Below the pieces are notes generated by a model. It was not told the DNA's origin. It searched no databases and saw nothing but the letters and a program-made list of their open reading frames with translations. The position numbers were made by a program, and so were the translations under genes. Source: Candidatus Bilamarchaeum sp. (GTDB lineage Archaea; Micrarchaeota; Micrarchaeia; Anstonellales; Bilamarchaeaceae). From it: 64,000 nucleotides of DNA. The stretch's first letter is position 1; every line of letters begins with the position of its first letter. This document shows, piece after piece, positions 7,689 to 17,416 of this stretch. The stretch is from the NCBI GenBank assembly GCA_035455205.1, contig DATIFM010000024.1, forward strand, positions 5,959-69,958, given 5' to 3'.

Positions 7689-7774
7689 GTTATAGTTAAT
7701 GGATGATTACGCTTAAAAACCGCTCCGAAGCCCCCATAAACTCCATTTAAATTGAAATTCGCTGATATCCCCCT

Positions 7775-8416
7775 ATGGACCTGATAGCGGGAGTCGACGA
7801 GGCAGGCCGGGGCCCGGTCATAGGCCCGCTCGTCATTTGCCTTGCTTTCTGCAAGAGGGATGACGAGAAGGCCCTGCGGAAACTCGCTTCCAAGGACTCC
7901 AAGCAGCTCTCGCCCAAGCAGCGCGAGGAAGCCTACGCCGAGCTGAAGAAGTTCGTCACTTTCCGCTGGATTGAGATATCCGCCTCCGACCTCAACACGC
8001 TCATGGCTACGATGTCCCTCAACGACATCGAGGCCAAGGTCATGGCCGACCTGATAAAGAAGCTCGGCGACGGCGACATCATGATAGACATGCCCGACCG
8101 GTACTCCTGGACGTTCAGGAAGCGGATGGAGAAGTTCGGCGTGCGCCGCTTCGAGGCCGAGCACAAGGCGGACGAAAAATACCCCATCGTCGCCGCTGCC
8201 TCGATATGCGCCAAGGTCCACCGCGACCTGAAGATCGAGGAGATAAAAAAGGCGACGTGCGACTTCGGGAGCGGCTATTCCTCGGACCAGAAGACGATAG
8301 ACGCCCTCAAGGACAAGCCGCGCAGGGCGATGCTGGAGCCTTTCATCAGGCAGCGGTGGAAGACACTGGAAAACATAAAGCAGACGAAGCTTTTCCAAGG
8401 TGGCAACGATGGCTAA
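7775..8416 (+). CDS. rnhB: ribonuclease HII
   Basis: N-terminal 'GVDEAGRGPVIGPLV' catalytic motif, 'ADEKYPIVAAASICAK' and 'GSGYSSD'. Confidence 0.93.
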   Translation: MDLIAGVDEAGRGPVIGPLVICLAFCKRDDEKALRKLASKDSKQLSPKQREEAYAELKKFVTFRWIEISASDLNTLMATMSLNDIEAKVMADLIKKLGDGDIMIDMPDRYSWTFRKRMEKFGVRRFEAEHKADEKYPIVAAASICAKVHRDLKIEEIKKATCDFGSGYSSDQKTIDALKDKPRRAMLEPFIRQRWKTLENIKQTKLFQGGNDG

Positions 8417-8690
8417 GGTGATAGTGAAGAACGACGGAGTCACCCTCGAGGTTCCGGACGGGGCCCGCCTGCTCCCCTACCTCTGGGAGAGCACATCCTT
8501 CCCGCAGGGCTGCGAAGACGGCACGACTTCCATCTGCGCCTGCGTCATACTCCGGGGCGAGGAGAACGTGAACCAGAAGAACCACAACGAGATTGTCACG
8601 CTCCAGAAAGCCGGCCAGCCCAATTCCTCGCGAAACCGCCTGGCCTGCCAGATATACGTGAAAAAGGGGGAAATAGAAATAGAATATTGA
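8400..8690 (+). CDS. small 2Fe-2S ferredoxin-like (beta-grasp) protein, putative
   Basis: 96 aa. Cys cluster 'GCEDGTTSICACV' plus a distal 'LACQI'. The beta-grasp-like start 'KVIVKNDGVTLEVPDG' is consistent but not diagnostic. Confidence 0.45.
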   Translation: MATMAKVIVKNDGVTLEVPDGARLLPYLWESTSFPQGCEDGTTSICACVILRGEENVNQKNHNEIVTLQKAGQPNSSRNRLACQIYVKKGEIEIEY

Positions 8691-8807
8691 AAGGAACCGA
8701 GGTTGTCCCTGAACGACGCATCGTTCATGAACATGCTCGCGTTCGGTGCGTCGAACGCGACAGGACAGTCAAGAAACGCGCGCGTTTCTTGCCATCCTCC
8801 TGCTACT

Positions 8808-9557
8808 TTACTGCCCGCCCTGGGCGACGTCGTAGTCGTTCGGCTCGACCTTGATGCTGCCGACCATCAGCTTGTGGGTGGTCGAGTAGTATTCACACTC
8901 GAACGTTTCGTTGAGCTGGATGGTCGCGCTCTTGCCGGGCCCGAGAATCGTGGTGTCGAAAACCTGCTTCCCTGCTATGAAGCATGTTGCCGACCTCGGG
9001 AACGCGCCGGTGTTCTGGAACGTCACGTAGTCGGTCCTCTTGACAGTGATGCTCGAGGGCTCGTAAGTGAAGTCGTGCATCGTTATCGTGTAGGTCTGCG
9101 GCTCGTAGACTTTGGGCTTCTCCTTCTCTATCGTGAATGTCACTTCCTTCGATATGGCCGGGGAGTAGGGAGTCTTGTCATTGTTCATCAGCTCGACTTT
9201 TATCGTGTGCCCGCCCACCGTGAGGCCGCTAAGGACTATGTTCTTGGTCGAGAATACCTGCGGAGCGCCTCCGTCGACAGTGACGCTGAAGTGGCCTTCG
9301 CCGACCTTCTTGGCCCCCGCGGGGGCCTTGAGTATGAGGTTCTGCGTAGTGAGCGTGAGAGTCACGTCGGTTGTGTCTCCCGGGACTACCATCACTTCGC
9401 CTGCGCCCGGGCTCGCTATCGAGAACGACGGCGTCTTCGGGGGCGGCGGTGGCGGCGGAGGCGCAGTGGTATTGTTAGTCACATTCGTCTCGGACTGGAA
9501 AATACAGCCCAATGAAAGCATCGAAACCAGGATAAGCCCTAAAACGAGCGTTCTCAT
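8808..9557 (-). CDS. secreted lipobox protein with poly-Pro linker, a 'GEGHFSVTVDGG' domain and a C-terminal cupredoxin-like domain
   Basis: Signal with lipobox 'LVSMLSLGC' and a PPPPPPPP linker. The C-terminal 'VTFQNTG...CEYYSTTHKLMVGSIKV' has a Cys-x7-His-x2-Met arrangement like type-1 copper sites. Confidence 0.6.
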   Translation of the reverse strand: MRTLVLGLILVSMLSLGCIFQSETNVTNNTTAPPPPPPPPKTPSFSIASPGAGEVMVVPGDTTDVTLTLTTQNLILKAPAGAKKVGEGHFSVTVDGGAPQVFSTKNIVLSGLTVGGHTIKVELMNNDKTPYSPAISKEVTFTIEKEKPKVYEPQTYTITMHDFTYEPSSITVKRTDYVTFQNTGAFPRSATCFIAGKQVFDTTILGPGKSATIQLNETFECEYYSTTHKLMVGSIKVEPNDYDVAQGGQ

Positions 9558-9610
9558 GGGATTCTTCTAATTGATTACTTATTTTAAAGGTTGGCAATAG
9601 TTTTCCACTC

Positions 9611-10252
9611 ATGGCACGGGCGATACTTTTCGATTTCGACGGCGTGGTCGTGCAGTCCGAGCTCCTGCACAAGGAGACGTTCCTCGAGCTGCTCTCTCCA
9701 TACGGCATCCGGGTAACTGACGAGAGGTGGTACCGCGAGTTCGCCGGCACAGGCTCGAGGCATATCTTCGAGGTCCTCACGAAGGAAAACGGCATCCATG
9801 AAAGCCTTGACGCCCTCGTTGAGCGGCGGAAGCGGGTTTACGAGGGCTACGTGCGCTCGGGGCGCCTGAAAGAGACTCCGGGAGTCCGTGGGTTCATAGG
9901 AAAGGCCCGGGCAAGGGGGCTCAAGACGGCGATAGTCTCCGGGAGCCACCGGACGAATGTGCGGGCCGCGCTGGAAACCCTCGGCCTCGCCGGGAACTTC
10001 GACCTGATTGTGAGCGGCGACGACCTGAAGGAGCGCAAGCCCGACCCGAAGCCGTTCCTCGTTGCGGCCGAAAAGCTCGGAATACCCGCCTCCGAGTGCC
10101 TTGTCTTCGAGGATTCTTTCGCCGGCGCCGAGGCGGCGCGGAAAGCCGGCGCGAGGCTCATAGTGCTCGATTCCCCCATCGGGAAGATAATCGCGGGAAA
10201 AGACCTGCTCATCCGGGATTTCAACGACCCCCGCCTCGACTCCGTCCTCTGA
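9611..10252 (+). CDS. HAD-superfamily hydrolase (beta-phosphoglucomutase-like subfamily IA)
   Basis: Motif I 'ILFDFDGVVVQSE', motif II 'AIVSGS', motif IV 'LVFEDSFAGAEAARKAG'. Confidence 0.88.
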   Translation: MARAILFDFDGVVVQSELLHKETFLELLSPYGIRVTDERWYREFAGTGSRHIFEVLTKENGIHESLDALVERRKRVYEGYVRSGRLKETPGVRGFIGKARARGLKTAIVSGSHRTNVRAALETLGLAGNFDLIVSGDDLKERKPDPKPFLVAAEKLGIPASECLVFEDSFAGAEAARKAGARLIVLDSPIGKIIAGKDLLIRDFNDPRLDSVL

Positions 10253-10312
10253 CCGCTTTAAATAACGTTCCGGGCCATCCTTGTCAATACGGAAATCCGC
10301 TCGGGGTGTTTT

Positions 10313-11488
10313 ATGATAAAACTTGAGCTGGACCGGAAAAAGCGAACTCTCTCGGTGAAGGAGCCGTCCGACGTCTCCTCGCTGCAGAACGGCTTTTACG
10401 GCCAGATGAAAAAAGGGGTAATCTCGCTCTATCCGGAAGAAGCCCTCTATGTCATGGATATCCGGAACGGGAAAACCTACGATTCCTCGGGAAACGAGTA
10501 CCAGTTCAACGAGGTCGCCTCGCTTTTCCTGCGGAACAAAAAGCTCCTCGCCCGATATCTCACGTACAAGGACTATCGCGACAAGGGTCTCATCCCAAGG
10601 CCGATGAGCGAAGCCGAGGGAAATTACGGCCGCAGCGTCAGCGTCAAGTACCAAAGCTCGGACTTCAGCCTCGACTCGTATTCCTTCCAGGGGCTGTTCT
10701 TCCCGAACGACCTCATCACGCTCGTGGATGACGAGCGCTCGGGCAAGGAGCTTTACGAGCGGTTCTGGATAGGCCAGTTCGGCACGTACAAGGCGGCGCA
10801 CCGCGGAAAGCTTTCAAAGCTGGACATTTTCGAGACTATCTTCCTCCTCAAGCACGGCGACCTGCACCTCAAGGGGAACAGCCTCGCCGACGTCGAGAAG
10901 AAGGCGCACAAGCGGATAAAGTTCTTCGGCGACATGTACCTGGTTTACGAGGACTGGCGCAAGCGCGGATACGTGGTCAAGACCGGCTTCAAGTTCGGGA
11001 CGCACTTCAGGATATACCTCCCCGGGGCCTCCCCGGTCCGGAGCGAGGACGAGTGGATGCACTCGAAGCACGTCATACACGTTTTCCCGAGGAAGCACAA
11101 GCTGATAATTTCCGAGTGGGCCCGGGCTATACGCGTCGCTCATAGCGTGAAAAAGACGTTTATCCTCGCGATACCCGGCAAGAAGACTGCAATCCAAATC
11201 AACCCGAAAAAGCCGCGCCTGGATTTCCTGCTCTACCACCGCAAGAAGGGAGGGATAGAGACCCCGAAGGAAGGCGCGCCACAATACCTGATGTACTCGC
11301 TCACCGAGGATGAGTACATCGGCGGCGAAGAGCTCGCCGGCGCGCTCGCGGAGTGCGAGCATTTCGGGCTGGAAATGCTCATGGCGATTTCAGACCGCGA
11401 GAGCAGCGTCACCTATTACGTGATAAAGGCGATAGACCTGCCCGGAAGCGAATACGAATATTACGAAATCGAATGGGTGCAACCGTAG
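10313..11488 (+). CDS. endA: tRNA-splicing endonuclease, single-chain three-unit type
   Basis: 391 aa, about twice a homotetrameric EndA.
- N-terminal EndA_N-like unit ('ALYVMD', 'YLTYKDYRDKGLIPRP').
- Central full catalytic unit ('YEDWRKRGYVVKTGFKFGTHFRIY', 'HSKHVIHV', 'AHSVKKTFILAI', giving the Tyr/His/Lys triad).
- Extra C-terminal structural unit. Confidence 0.85.
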   Translation: MIKLELDRKKRTLSVKEPSDVSSLQNGFYGQMKKGVISLYPEEALYVMDIRNGKTYDSSGNEYQFNEVASLFLRNKKLLARYLTYKDYRDKGLIPRPMSEAEGNYGRSVSVKYQSSDFSLDSYSFQGLFFPNDLITLVDDERSGKELYERFWIGQFGTYKAAHRGKLSKLDIFETIFLLKHGDLHLKGNSLADVEKKAHKRIKFFGDMYLVYEDWRKRGYVVKTGFKFGTHFRIYLPGASPVRSEDEWMHSKHVIHVFPRKHKLIISEWARAIRVAHSVKKTFILAIPGKKTAIQINPKKPRLDFLLYHRKKGGIETPKEGAPQYLMYSLTEDEYIGGEELAGALAECEHFGLEMLMAISDRESSVTYYVIKAIDLPGSEYEYYEIEWVQP

Positions 11489-11545
11489 CACCCATTCTCG
11501 CCAAAAGCGCGGCTTTTGTCGATTGAGTGGGTTCAGCCCTGATTT

Positions 11546-12145
11546 TCAGCCCTTTGGCGGAGAGTCTTCCTGCAGGTGAAAGACGAAATAGCTCCTGTCA
11601 TAAACCACGTCTATCCTCGTCTTTATGCTGAACTCCAATCCCAGGGATTCCGGCACTATCCGGTGGAGGACATCGTTCATGAACCTGGGGTCTGCCTTCA
11701 GCTCCGCAAGGGCATCTGCGAGCATTTCCTGCGGAAGCCTGAGCGCGAGGGTGGCAAGGCCGCAAGTTTCATCACCATCCCTCATTATGCCGTGAAATGC
11801 AAGGAACGAGAGCGCGCCAGAGCTCCTCAGTATGGCATAGGAATCCCCGGTCCCGTACGCTTCGCGCGAGATGTCGAACTTGAGGGGCATCAATTCAAGC
11901 GAAACCGCCTTGGCTTCCGCCTCGGGGTCCCTTTCGTGGGCGTGGTGGAGGGCGAGCTCGTCGGAGCACCTGCCTCCCTGGAAGCCGGCTGAGAACGCCC
12001 TGCCTTTGAATCTGGCGACCGACATTTCCGACAGGGACCGAAGGAGCATTTCCCTCCCCGAAACCGGCTCCTCCACTAGGGGAGCGCCGTTCGCCTTGCC
12101 TTTTGCAGTGGTTTCCCTGGGATTGTGCAATAGTTCCTGCGCCAT
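11546..12145 (-). CDS. hypothetical protein
   Basis: 199-aa ORF with normal composition. The opposite-strand ORFs are shorter and low-complexity. Confidence 0.5.
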   Translation of the reverse strand: MAQELLHNPRETTAKGKANGAPLVEEPVSGREMLLRSLSEMSVARFKGRAFSAGFQGGRCSDELALHHAHERDPEAEAKAVSLELMPLKFDISREAYGTGDSYAILRSSGALSFLAFHGIMRDGDETCGLATLALRLPQEMLADALAELKADPRFMNDVLHRIVPESLGLEFSIKTRIDVVYDRSYFVFHLQEDSPPKG

Positions 12146-12205
12146 GTTTGCACTATGGCCTCCAAGTTTTTTTAAATGTTTATAGCGGTATAACTATGTG
12201 ATTAA

Positions 12206-12478
12206 ATGATCAGGGCCAGCCATATCCTTGTGGAAGACGAAAAGACGGCATTGAAGCTATATGCGCAAATCCAGGAAGGCGCGGATTTTGCCAAAACGGC
12301 GAAGAAAAACTCAATCTGCCCCAGCTCGGAAGCCGGCGGGGACCTGGGGTTCTTCGGGAAAGGCCAGATGGTCAGGGAGTTCGAGGACGCGGCGTTCTCC
12401 CTTCCCGTGGGCGTCACCTCGAAGCCCGTCAGGACGGAGTTCGGATACCACCTCATCCTCGTCACCGCGAAGCGGTGA
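12206..12478 (+). CDS. parvulin-type peptidyl-prolyl cis-trans isomerase
   Basis: 90 aa. 'ASHILV', 'GGDLGFFGKGQMVREFEDAAF' and 'SKPVRTEFGYHLILV' are hallmark PpiC/parvulin motifs. Confidence 0.92.
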   Translation: MIRASHILVEDEKTALKLYAQIQEGADFAKTAKKNSICPSSEAGGDLGFFGKGQMVREFEDAAFSLPVGVTSKPVRTEFGYHLILVTAKR

Positions 12479-12527
12479 GCCGGAAAACCTCCCTTTTTAA
12501 TCTATTTGTTTCATAACTTGTATTGGT

Positions 12528-13181
12528 GTGTATATGGGGTGGGTTAGGTATCTTTCAGTTCTACTTATGCTTTCGGCAAGCTTCGCCGTAACCATAATCG
12601 AATCGGGTGACGGCGGTGCAGCTTTCGTGAATGAGACTGCTGCGGCCAAGTGCCAGGAGCCGGACGTCCAGGCAGTATACAAGTGCCTCGGCAACGTCGT
12701 AAGGGTGGTTTCCTCGGTGCCGGGCCAAGGGAGCGCGTTCTACTGGCCCGACGGCAGGGTGGCTTACTGCCCCGTCGTCGAACCTAAGGACATGGGAGCC
12801 GAGTGCCTGGCCATGATGGGCCCGAACTACTGTCCCACGCAGGCCGAATGCGGCGCCGCACCGGTCCCGCAGGTATTCCCGGGCCAGAACGACACCGCGG
12901 AGCAGGTCGGAGACTCCGACTACTACATAATCGAAGGGCAGGCGGCAGCCGCCAACGAGAGCGCCCAAATCGCGCCTCCCCCGCCCCCGGTGAAGACGGA
13001 GCCGAAGAAATCCACGGTCCCGATGAAGAACGAGCTCGAAGTCCCGACGTCATCGAAAGCGCCGGCAGGGAACCTCGACAGCCCCCTTAACTACCTCGTA
13101 TACATAGTCCTTCTGCTAGGGGTAGGGTCGGTCGGAGTGCTCTTCTTCCTGTTCAAGAACAGCATGGCAGAAGACGCCTAA
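12528..13181 (+). CDS. type I membrane / surface protein, Cys-rich ectodomain (hypothetical)
   Basis: N-terminal hydrophobic signal 'YLSVLLMLSASFAV', eight Cys in the first 110 aa, a Pro-rich spacer, and a C-terminal TM 'LVYIVLLLGVGSVGVLFFLF'. Confidence 0.55.
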   Translation: MYMGWVRYLSVLLMLSASFAVTIIESGDGGAAFVNETAAAKCQEPDVQAVYKCLGNVVRVVSSVPGQGSAFYWPDGRVAYCPVVEPKDMGAECLAMMGPNYCPTQAECGAAPVPQVFPGQNDTAEQVGDSDYYIIEGQAAAANESAQIAPPPPPVKTEPKKSTVPMKNELEVPTSSKAPAGNLDSPLNYLVYIVLLLGVGSVGVLFFLFKNSMAEDA

Positions 13182-14560
13182 GAAAGAAGCTTCCTGTACG
13201 CTTTTTCTATTCTTTCCGCTTCGGCAGCAGCGCCCGGCCCCTTCAGGGCGGCGCTGCGCCTGAGCCTCTCTCTTTCCAGCGAAACGAGCGCAGCCCATTT
13301 TTCTTTCGCGATAACGATGCCGAGCATTTTCCCGGCTTCGCCGGCAGGGAGCTTCGAGAGCGTCGTGCCGCGCTCCTCGCAGTATTTCACGAGCTTCCCC
13401 GACTTCTCGTGGGCCTCCCGGAAGGGCATCCCTTCCATGGCAAGGAAATCCGCGATTTCCGTTGCCTGGGCGAAGCCGGAGTCGAGCTCCTCCTCAATCC
13501 GCCTGCGGTCGAATCCGAGGCCCATTACGAGCCCCGGCAGTATCTCCAGGCTTTCCCGGGACTGCTCCAGCCCTGACATGACCGCGTATTTCGTCTCCTG
13601 CATATCCGAGTGGTAACCCGAGATAAGCCCCTTGAGGATGACTAGGCAATGGGTGAGGTTGGAATATACCCTCGCGCACCGGCCCCGGACGAGCTCGAGT
13701 ATGTCCGGGTTCTTCTTGTTCGGCATTATGCTGCTCCCTGTGGTGTGCTCCTCGGAAATCGAGAGAAGCCCCTTTTGCGACAGCCATATCAGCTCCTCGG
13801 AAAGGCGCGAGAGCCGGCACATCAGCAGGGAGAGCGCTGAAAGCACCTCGGCCTCGCACTCGCCCCGCGAGCTGATGGCGTCAAGCTCGTTTTCCTGCAC
13901 TTTGCCGAACGCGAGCATCCTCGCGGTTTCGGCCCGGTCTATCTTCCACGGGGTGCCGGCGATTGCGCAGGCTCCGAGGGGGTTCGAGTTTATCCTTTTG
14001 TAGGCGTCGAGAAGCCTCTCCTTGTCCCGCGAAAGGCCGTCTATCCATGCCTGGCACCAGAACGAGACGGTTATGGGCTGGGCGACGCGCGTGTGCGTGT
14101 ATGATGCCATGGGCCCGTCCTTTTTCGCGAGCGATGCGAATGCTGCCTGGAGCGCCTCGATTGCCCCGATTGCGCGGAGTACTTCATCACGCATGTAGAG
14201 GCGCATGTCGAGGAGGACCTGGTCGTTCCGGGAGCGGGCGGTGTGCATTTTTTTGCCATTTTTTGTCAGTTCGGTGACCGCGGCCTCCACGTTCATGTGA
14301 ACGTCTTCCAGCTCGGCCTTGAGCCTGAACTCCCCCCTTTCCCATCTGGAATAGACCGCCTTCAATGCCGTAACTATCTCCCCGGCCTCGCCCCCGCCCA
14401 GTATGCCCTGTTTTTCGAGCATCTTCACGTGGGCGATGCTGCCCAGTATGTCGTAGGGAATGAGTTTTTCGTCGAGCTGGACGTTCTCTCTGCTGTTGAA
14501 TTCTATCGTCTTGCCGGCCGGGCCCTTGCCGAACCTTCCGCCCCACAGCATTTTCTTCAT
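13178..14560 (-). CDS. argH: argininosuccinate lyase
   Basis: 460 aa. Fumarate-lyase signature 'GSSIMPNKKNPD' and N-terminal 'LWGGRF'. Confidence 0.95.
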   Translation of the reverse strand: MKKMLWGGRFGKGPAGKTIEFNSRENVQLDEKLIPYDILGSIAHVKMLEKQGILGGGEAGEIVTALKAVYSRWERGEFRLKAELEDVHMNVEAAVTELTKNGKKMHTARSRNDQVLLDMRLYMRDEVLRAIGAIEALQAAFASLAKKDGPMASYTHTRVAQPITVSFWCQAWIDGLSRDKERLLDAYKRINSNPLGACAIAGTPWKIDRAETARMLAFGKVQENELDAISSRGECEAEVLSALSLLMCRLSRLSEELIWLSQKGLLSISEEHTTGSSIMPNKKNPDILELVRGRCARVYSNLTHCLVILKGLISGYHSDMQETKYAVMSGLEQSRESLEILPGLVMGLGFDRRRIEEELDSGFAQATEIADFLAMEGMPFREAHEKSGKLVKYCEERGTTLSKLPAGEAGKMLGIVIAKEKWAALVSLERERLRRSAALKGPGAAAEAERIEKAYRKLLS

Positions 14561-14632
14561 GCGAGTCCCTCAGCGGGAAAAATTATGAAACCTGCCGTCA
14601 TCGGCTTTAGCCTCCAGCAGGGGCCTCGAGCG

Positions 14633-15862
14633 CTATTTCTTCTTCCTGTGGGTTATCGCGTGGTGGGCCATCAGGCGGATTGCGTTTATCCTGATGAATC
14701 CGACGGAATCCTTCTGGTTGAACCCGCCCTCGATATCCATGCTCGCGAGGTCCTTGTTGTAGAGCGAGCTCGGCGATTCCCTGCCCTTTATCGTGATGTT
14801 GCCCTTGTAGAGCGAGAGCCAGACCGTGCCGTCAATCAGCTCCTGGCTCTTGTTTATCGCGGCCATGAGGAAGTCCATTTCCGGGCTGAACCAGAATCCG
14901 TAATACACAATCTCGGCGAACTTCGGCGCGAGCATGTCACGGAGGCGCATCACTTCCCTGTCCATCGCCACGGCCTCCACGTCCATGTGGGCCGCGCGCA
15001 GTATCGTCGCCCCCGGAGTCTCGTACACTCCGCGCGACTTGATGCCGACGAACCTGTTCTCGACGATGTCGATGCGGCCCACGCCGTTCTCGGCGCCGAC
15101 CTTGTTGAGGTGCATGTAGAGCTTCAGCGGGTCGGTCTCCGTCACGCCGTTCGTCTTGTCCACGACCTTGACCGGGATGCCGTCCTTGAACTGGATCTCG
15201 AGCTCGGTCTCCTTGTCCGGCGCGTCCTGCGGGGCCTTGGTCCATTCGAACATGTCATGGCCAGGGGGGGACTTGGGGTCCTCGAGCACCCCGGACTCGT
15301 AGCTGATGTGCATGAGGTTCGCGTCCGTGCTGTACGGCTTCGCGTGCGTCGCCTTTATCGGGATGCCCTTCTCCTTGGCGTAGTTTATGAGGTCAGTCCT
15401 GCCCTTGAAGCGGGAAAGGAACTCCTCGTCCTTCCACGGCGCGATGACCTTTATCTTGGGGTTCAGCGCGAAGTAGGTTAGCTCGAAGCGGACCTGGTCA
15501 TTCCCCTTCCCGGTCGCCCCGTGCGAGACATATTCGGCGCCCTCCCTTGCCGCAATCTCCATCTGCTTCTTGGCGATGACCGGCCGCGCGAGCGAGGTGC
15601 CCAAAAGATATCTTCCCTCGTAAATCGCGTTCGCCTTTATCGCGGGGAATATGAAATCCGTGACGAACTCCTTCTTCAGGTCCTCCACGTAGACTTTCGA
15701 CGCCCCGCACTTGAGTGCCTTCTCCTTCGCGGCCTCGAGGTCCTCCTGCTGGCCGACGTCCGCTATGAACGCGACGACCTCGTAACCCTTTTCTATGAGC
15801 CACTTCAGGATGCACGAAGTGTCGAGACCGCCCGAATATGCCAGAACTACCTTTGATTTCAT
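14633..15862 (-). CDS. argG: argininosuccinate synthase
   Basis: 409 aa. '[12 protein letters not shown]' PP-loop, '[15 protein letters not shown]' and '[22 protein letters not shown]'. Confidence 0.95.
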   Translation of the reverse strand: MKSKVVLAYSGGLDTSCILKWLIEKGYEVVAFIADVGQQEDLEAAKEKALKCGASKVYVEDLKKEFVTDFIFPAIKANAIYEGRYLLGTSLARPVIAKKQMEIAAREGAEYVSHGATGKGNDQVRFELTYFALNPKIKVIAPWKDEEFLSRFKGRTDLINYAKEKGIPIKATHAKPYSTDANLMHISYESGVLEDPKSPPGHDMFEWTKAPQDAPDKETELEIQFKDGIPVKVVDKTNGVTETDPLKLYMHLNKVGAENGVGRIDIVENRFVGIKSRGVYETPGATILRAAHMDVEAVAMDREVMRLRDMLAPKFAEIVYYGFWFSPEMDFLMAAINKSQELIDGTVWLSLYKGNITIKGRESPSSLYNKDLASMDIEGGFNQKDSVGFIRINAIRLMAHHAITHRKKK

Positions 15863-15875
15863 AAAAAATCCTCCA

Positions 15876-16418
15876 TTACCTGATAATCGTCATCGGGAGG
15901 GCCGCGGCCTTTTCCGCAAGCGCCTCCGCCTTCTCCCTTCCCAGCCCGTACCAGTAGACTATCCACGGCACGATTGCGAGCGAGCCTTCGCTGTTCTTCT
16001 CATACCAGCATTTGCAGGGGTTTTCTGCAAAAGCGCGCCAGACCAAAGACTCATGCTGGCTTTTAATTGATTCCCAGATTTGCCTCCCCACCCCCCTGCC
16101 CTGCATTTCCGGGTCCACCGCGAACTTGTCAAGGTACGGGACGTTGTCGATACTCTTGATTATCGCTATGCCGCTGAATCCGGGGGCGACGATGGCCATG
16201 CTGAACGGGGCGTCCAAATAGCCTGCGCGAAGCGGCCTGCCGAAGCTGCGCTCGATGAGCTCCCTGGCTTTCGCCTTTTCGGCATCGCTGAAGGAGGAGC
16301 GGAACTCGAGTGCCTTGCCCTGCAGGGGCTCCTCGAGGGGCTTGCCCGAAAATCCGGCATGGAGCGCGGGGGGCGGAATCTTCGCCACTAGGTGCCGGGT
16401 AACCTGCCTCTCAACCAT
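15876..16418 (-). CDS. N-acetyltransferase of the NAGS-type (DUF619-like) family, putative short N-acetylglutamate synthase
   Basis: 180 aa. '[22 protein letters not shown]...[22 protein letters not shown]' resembles the NAT domain of N-acetylglutamate synthases. Sits in the arg cluster. Confidence 0.65.
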   Translation of the reverse strand: MVERQVTRHLVAKIPPPALHAGFSGKPLEEPLQGKALEFRSSFSDAEKAKARELIERSFGRPLRAGYLDAPFSMAIVAPGFSGIAIIKSIDNVPYLDKFAVDPEMQGRGVGRQIWESIKSQHESLVWRAFAENPCKCWYEKNSEGSLAIVPWIVYWYGLGREKAEALAEKAAALPMTIIR

Positions 16419-16422
16419 GTTT

Positions 16423-17355
16423 TCAGTCCTCGCGCAGAATCGGCGCTGTGCAGCATCTCGGGGCCCCCTCGCCCGTCAGGATGCCGTCGAAGCTAAGCGG
16501 AATTACCTTGAAGCCTATGTCCGAGAGCCGTGCGTTAACTTCGTGCGCCGCGGTCGTGGATATCACGGTCTCGGGGTTGACATAGAACAGGTTCGTCCAG
16601 CCCTTGTCGTGCTTGTCGTGGGGCACGAGTATAAGGTGCTCCACTCCCATGCGCTTGGCGAGCTTGTCCACCTGCGCAGTGTCCTGATAAAGCTCCGGGC
16701 ATGCGACCATCGTGCGCATCTTGCCCCGGCCGCCTATCGTGGTGGCGTAATCGAGGTGGAGCGTGCCGGGAACGAGCGGGACCGGGATTATCTCCTTGTT
16801 CCCGATGACGCCCCGGAGCGTCTCCACCGCCATCATGTTAGTCCGGTCGCCGAGCCCGACGAGGACCGCATCAGGGAAAACGAGGACATCGCCGTATTCG
16901 ATTATGTCGCCGGCCTTCCAGGGGTTCCGCGCACCGCAAATCACTCCTGTCTCGGGCGCGCGCTTGCCGTGCTTGAACCGGGCGGCGTAGGCTTCGGAGC
17001 CTATCACCGCAAACGAGTCGCGCTGGTAGACTCCTTCGCTCATTTCCTTGCGCGGCTTCACCGAGACCACCTCGGCCCCCTCGGAAACGAGCGCATTCAC
17101 GAGCATGCCGTGCTCTTCCTTTACCTGGCTGATGGGCGGCGGGAGGTGCGTTCTCTGGACCTCGTTGATCGCTGTCTCCTTGGTCCATGTGAGGTAATCC
17201 GGCGCATGGACCGCCACTTTCCTGAGCTGTCCGTCCTCGGAGTTGCACTTGGCCCCGAGCGCCTTGAGGTCAACGTAGTCGACCAGGGCCGCCTTGCCCT
17301 TGAATCCCGATGCCGTCTGGGCTTCGGGTTTTTTTATCGTCGTCAATTGCTGCAT
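16423..17355 (-). CDS. amidinotransferase-fold (guanidino-group modifying) enzyme, DDAH / arginine-deiminase-like
   Basis: 310 aa. The C-terminal 'GEGAPRCCTAPILRED' places a nucleophile Cys as in DDAH/ADI/amidinotransferases, with an internal 'LHLDYATT' His motif. Confidence 0.7.
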   Translation of the reverse strand: MQQLTTIKKPEAQTASGFKGKAALVDYVDLKALGAKCNSEDGQLRKVAVHAPDYLTWTKETAINEVQRTHLPPPISQVKEEHGMLVNALVSEGAEVVSVKPRKEMSEGVYQRDSFAVIGSEAYAARFKHGKRAPETGVICGARNPWKAGDIIEYGDVLVFPDAVLVGLGDRTNMMAVETLRGVIGNKEIIPVPLVPGTLHLDYATTIGGRGKMRTMVACPELYQDTAQVDKLAKRMGVEHLILVPHDKHDKGWTNLFYVNPETVISTTAAHEVNARLSDIGFKVIPLSFDGILTGEGAPRCCTAPILRED

Positions 17356-17416
17356 CTTGTGCCACTCTCTGTGACACTATCGCGGCGAATCACGCTTATA
17401 AACATTTCGTGAAATA

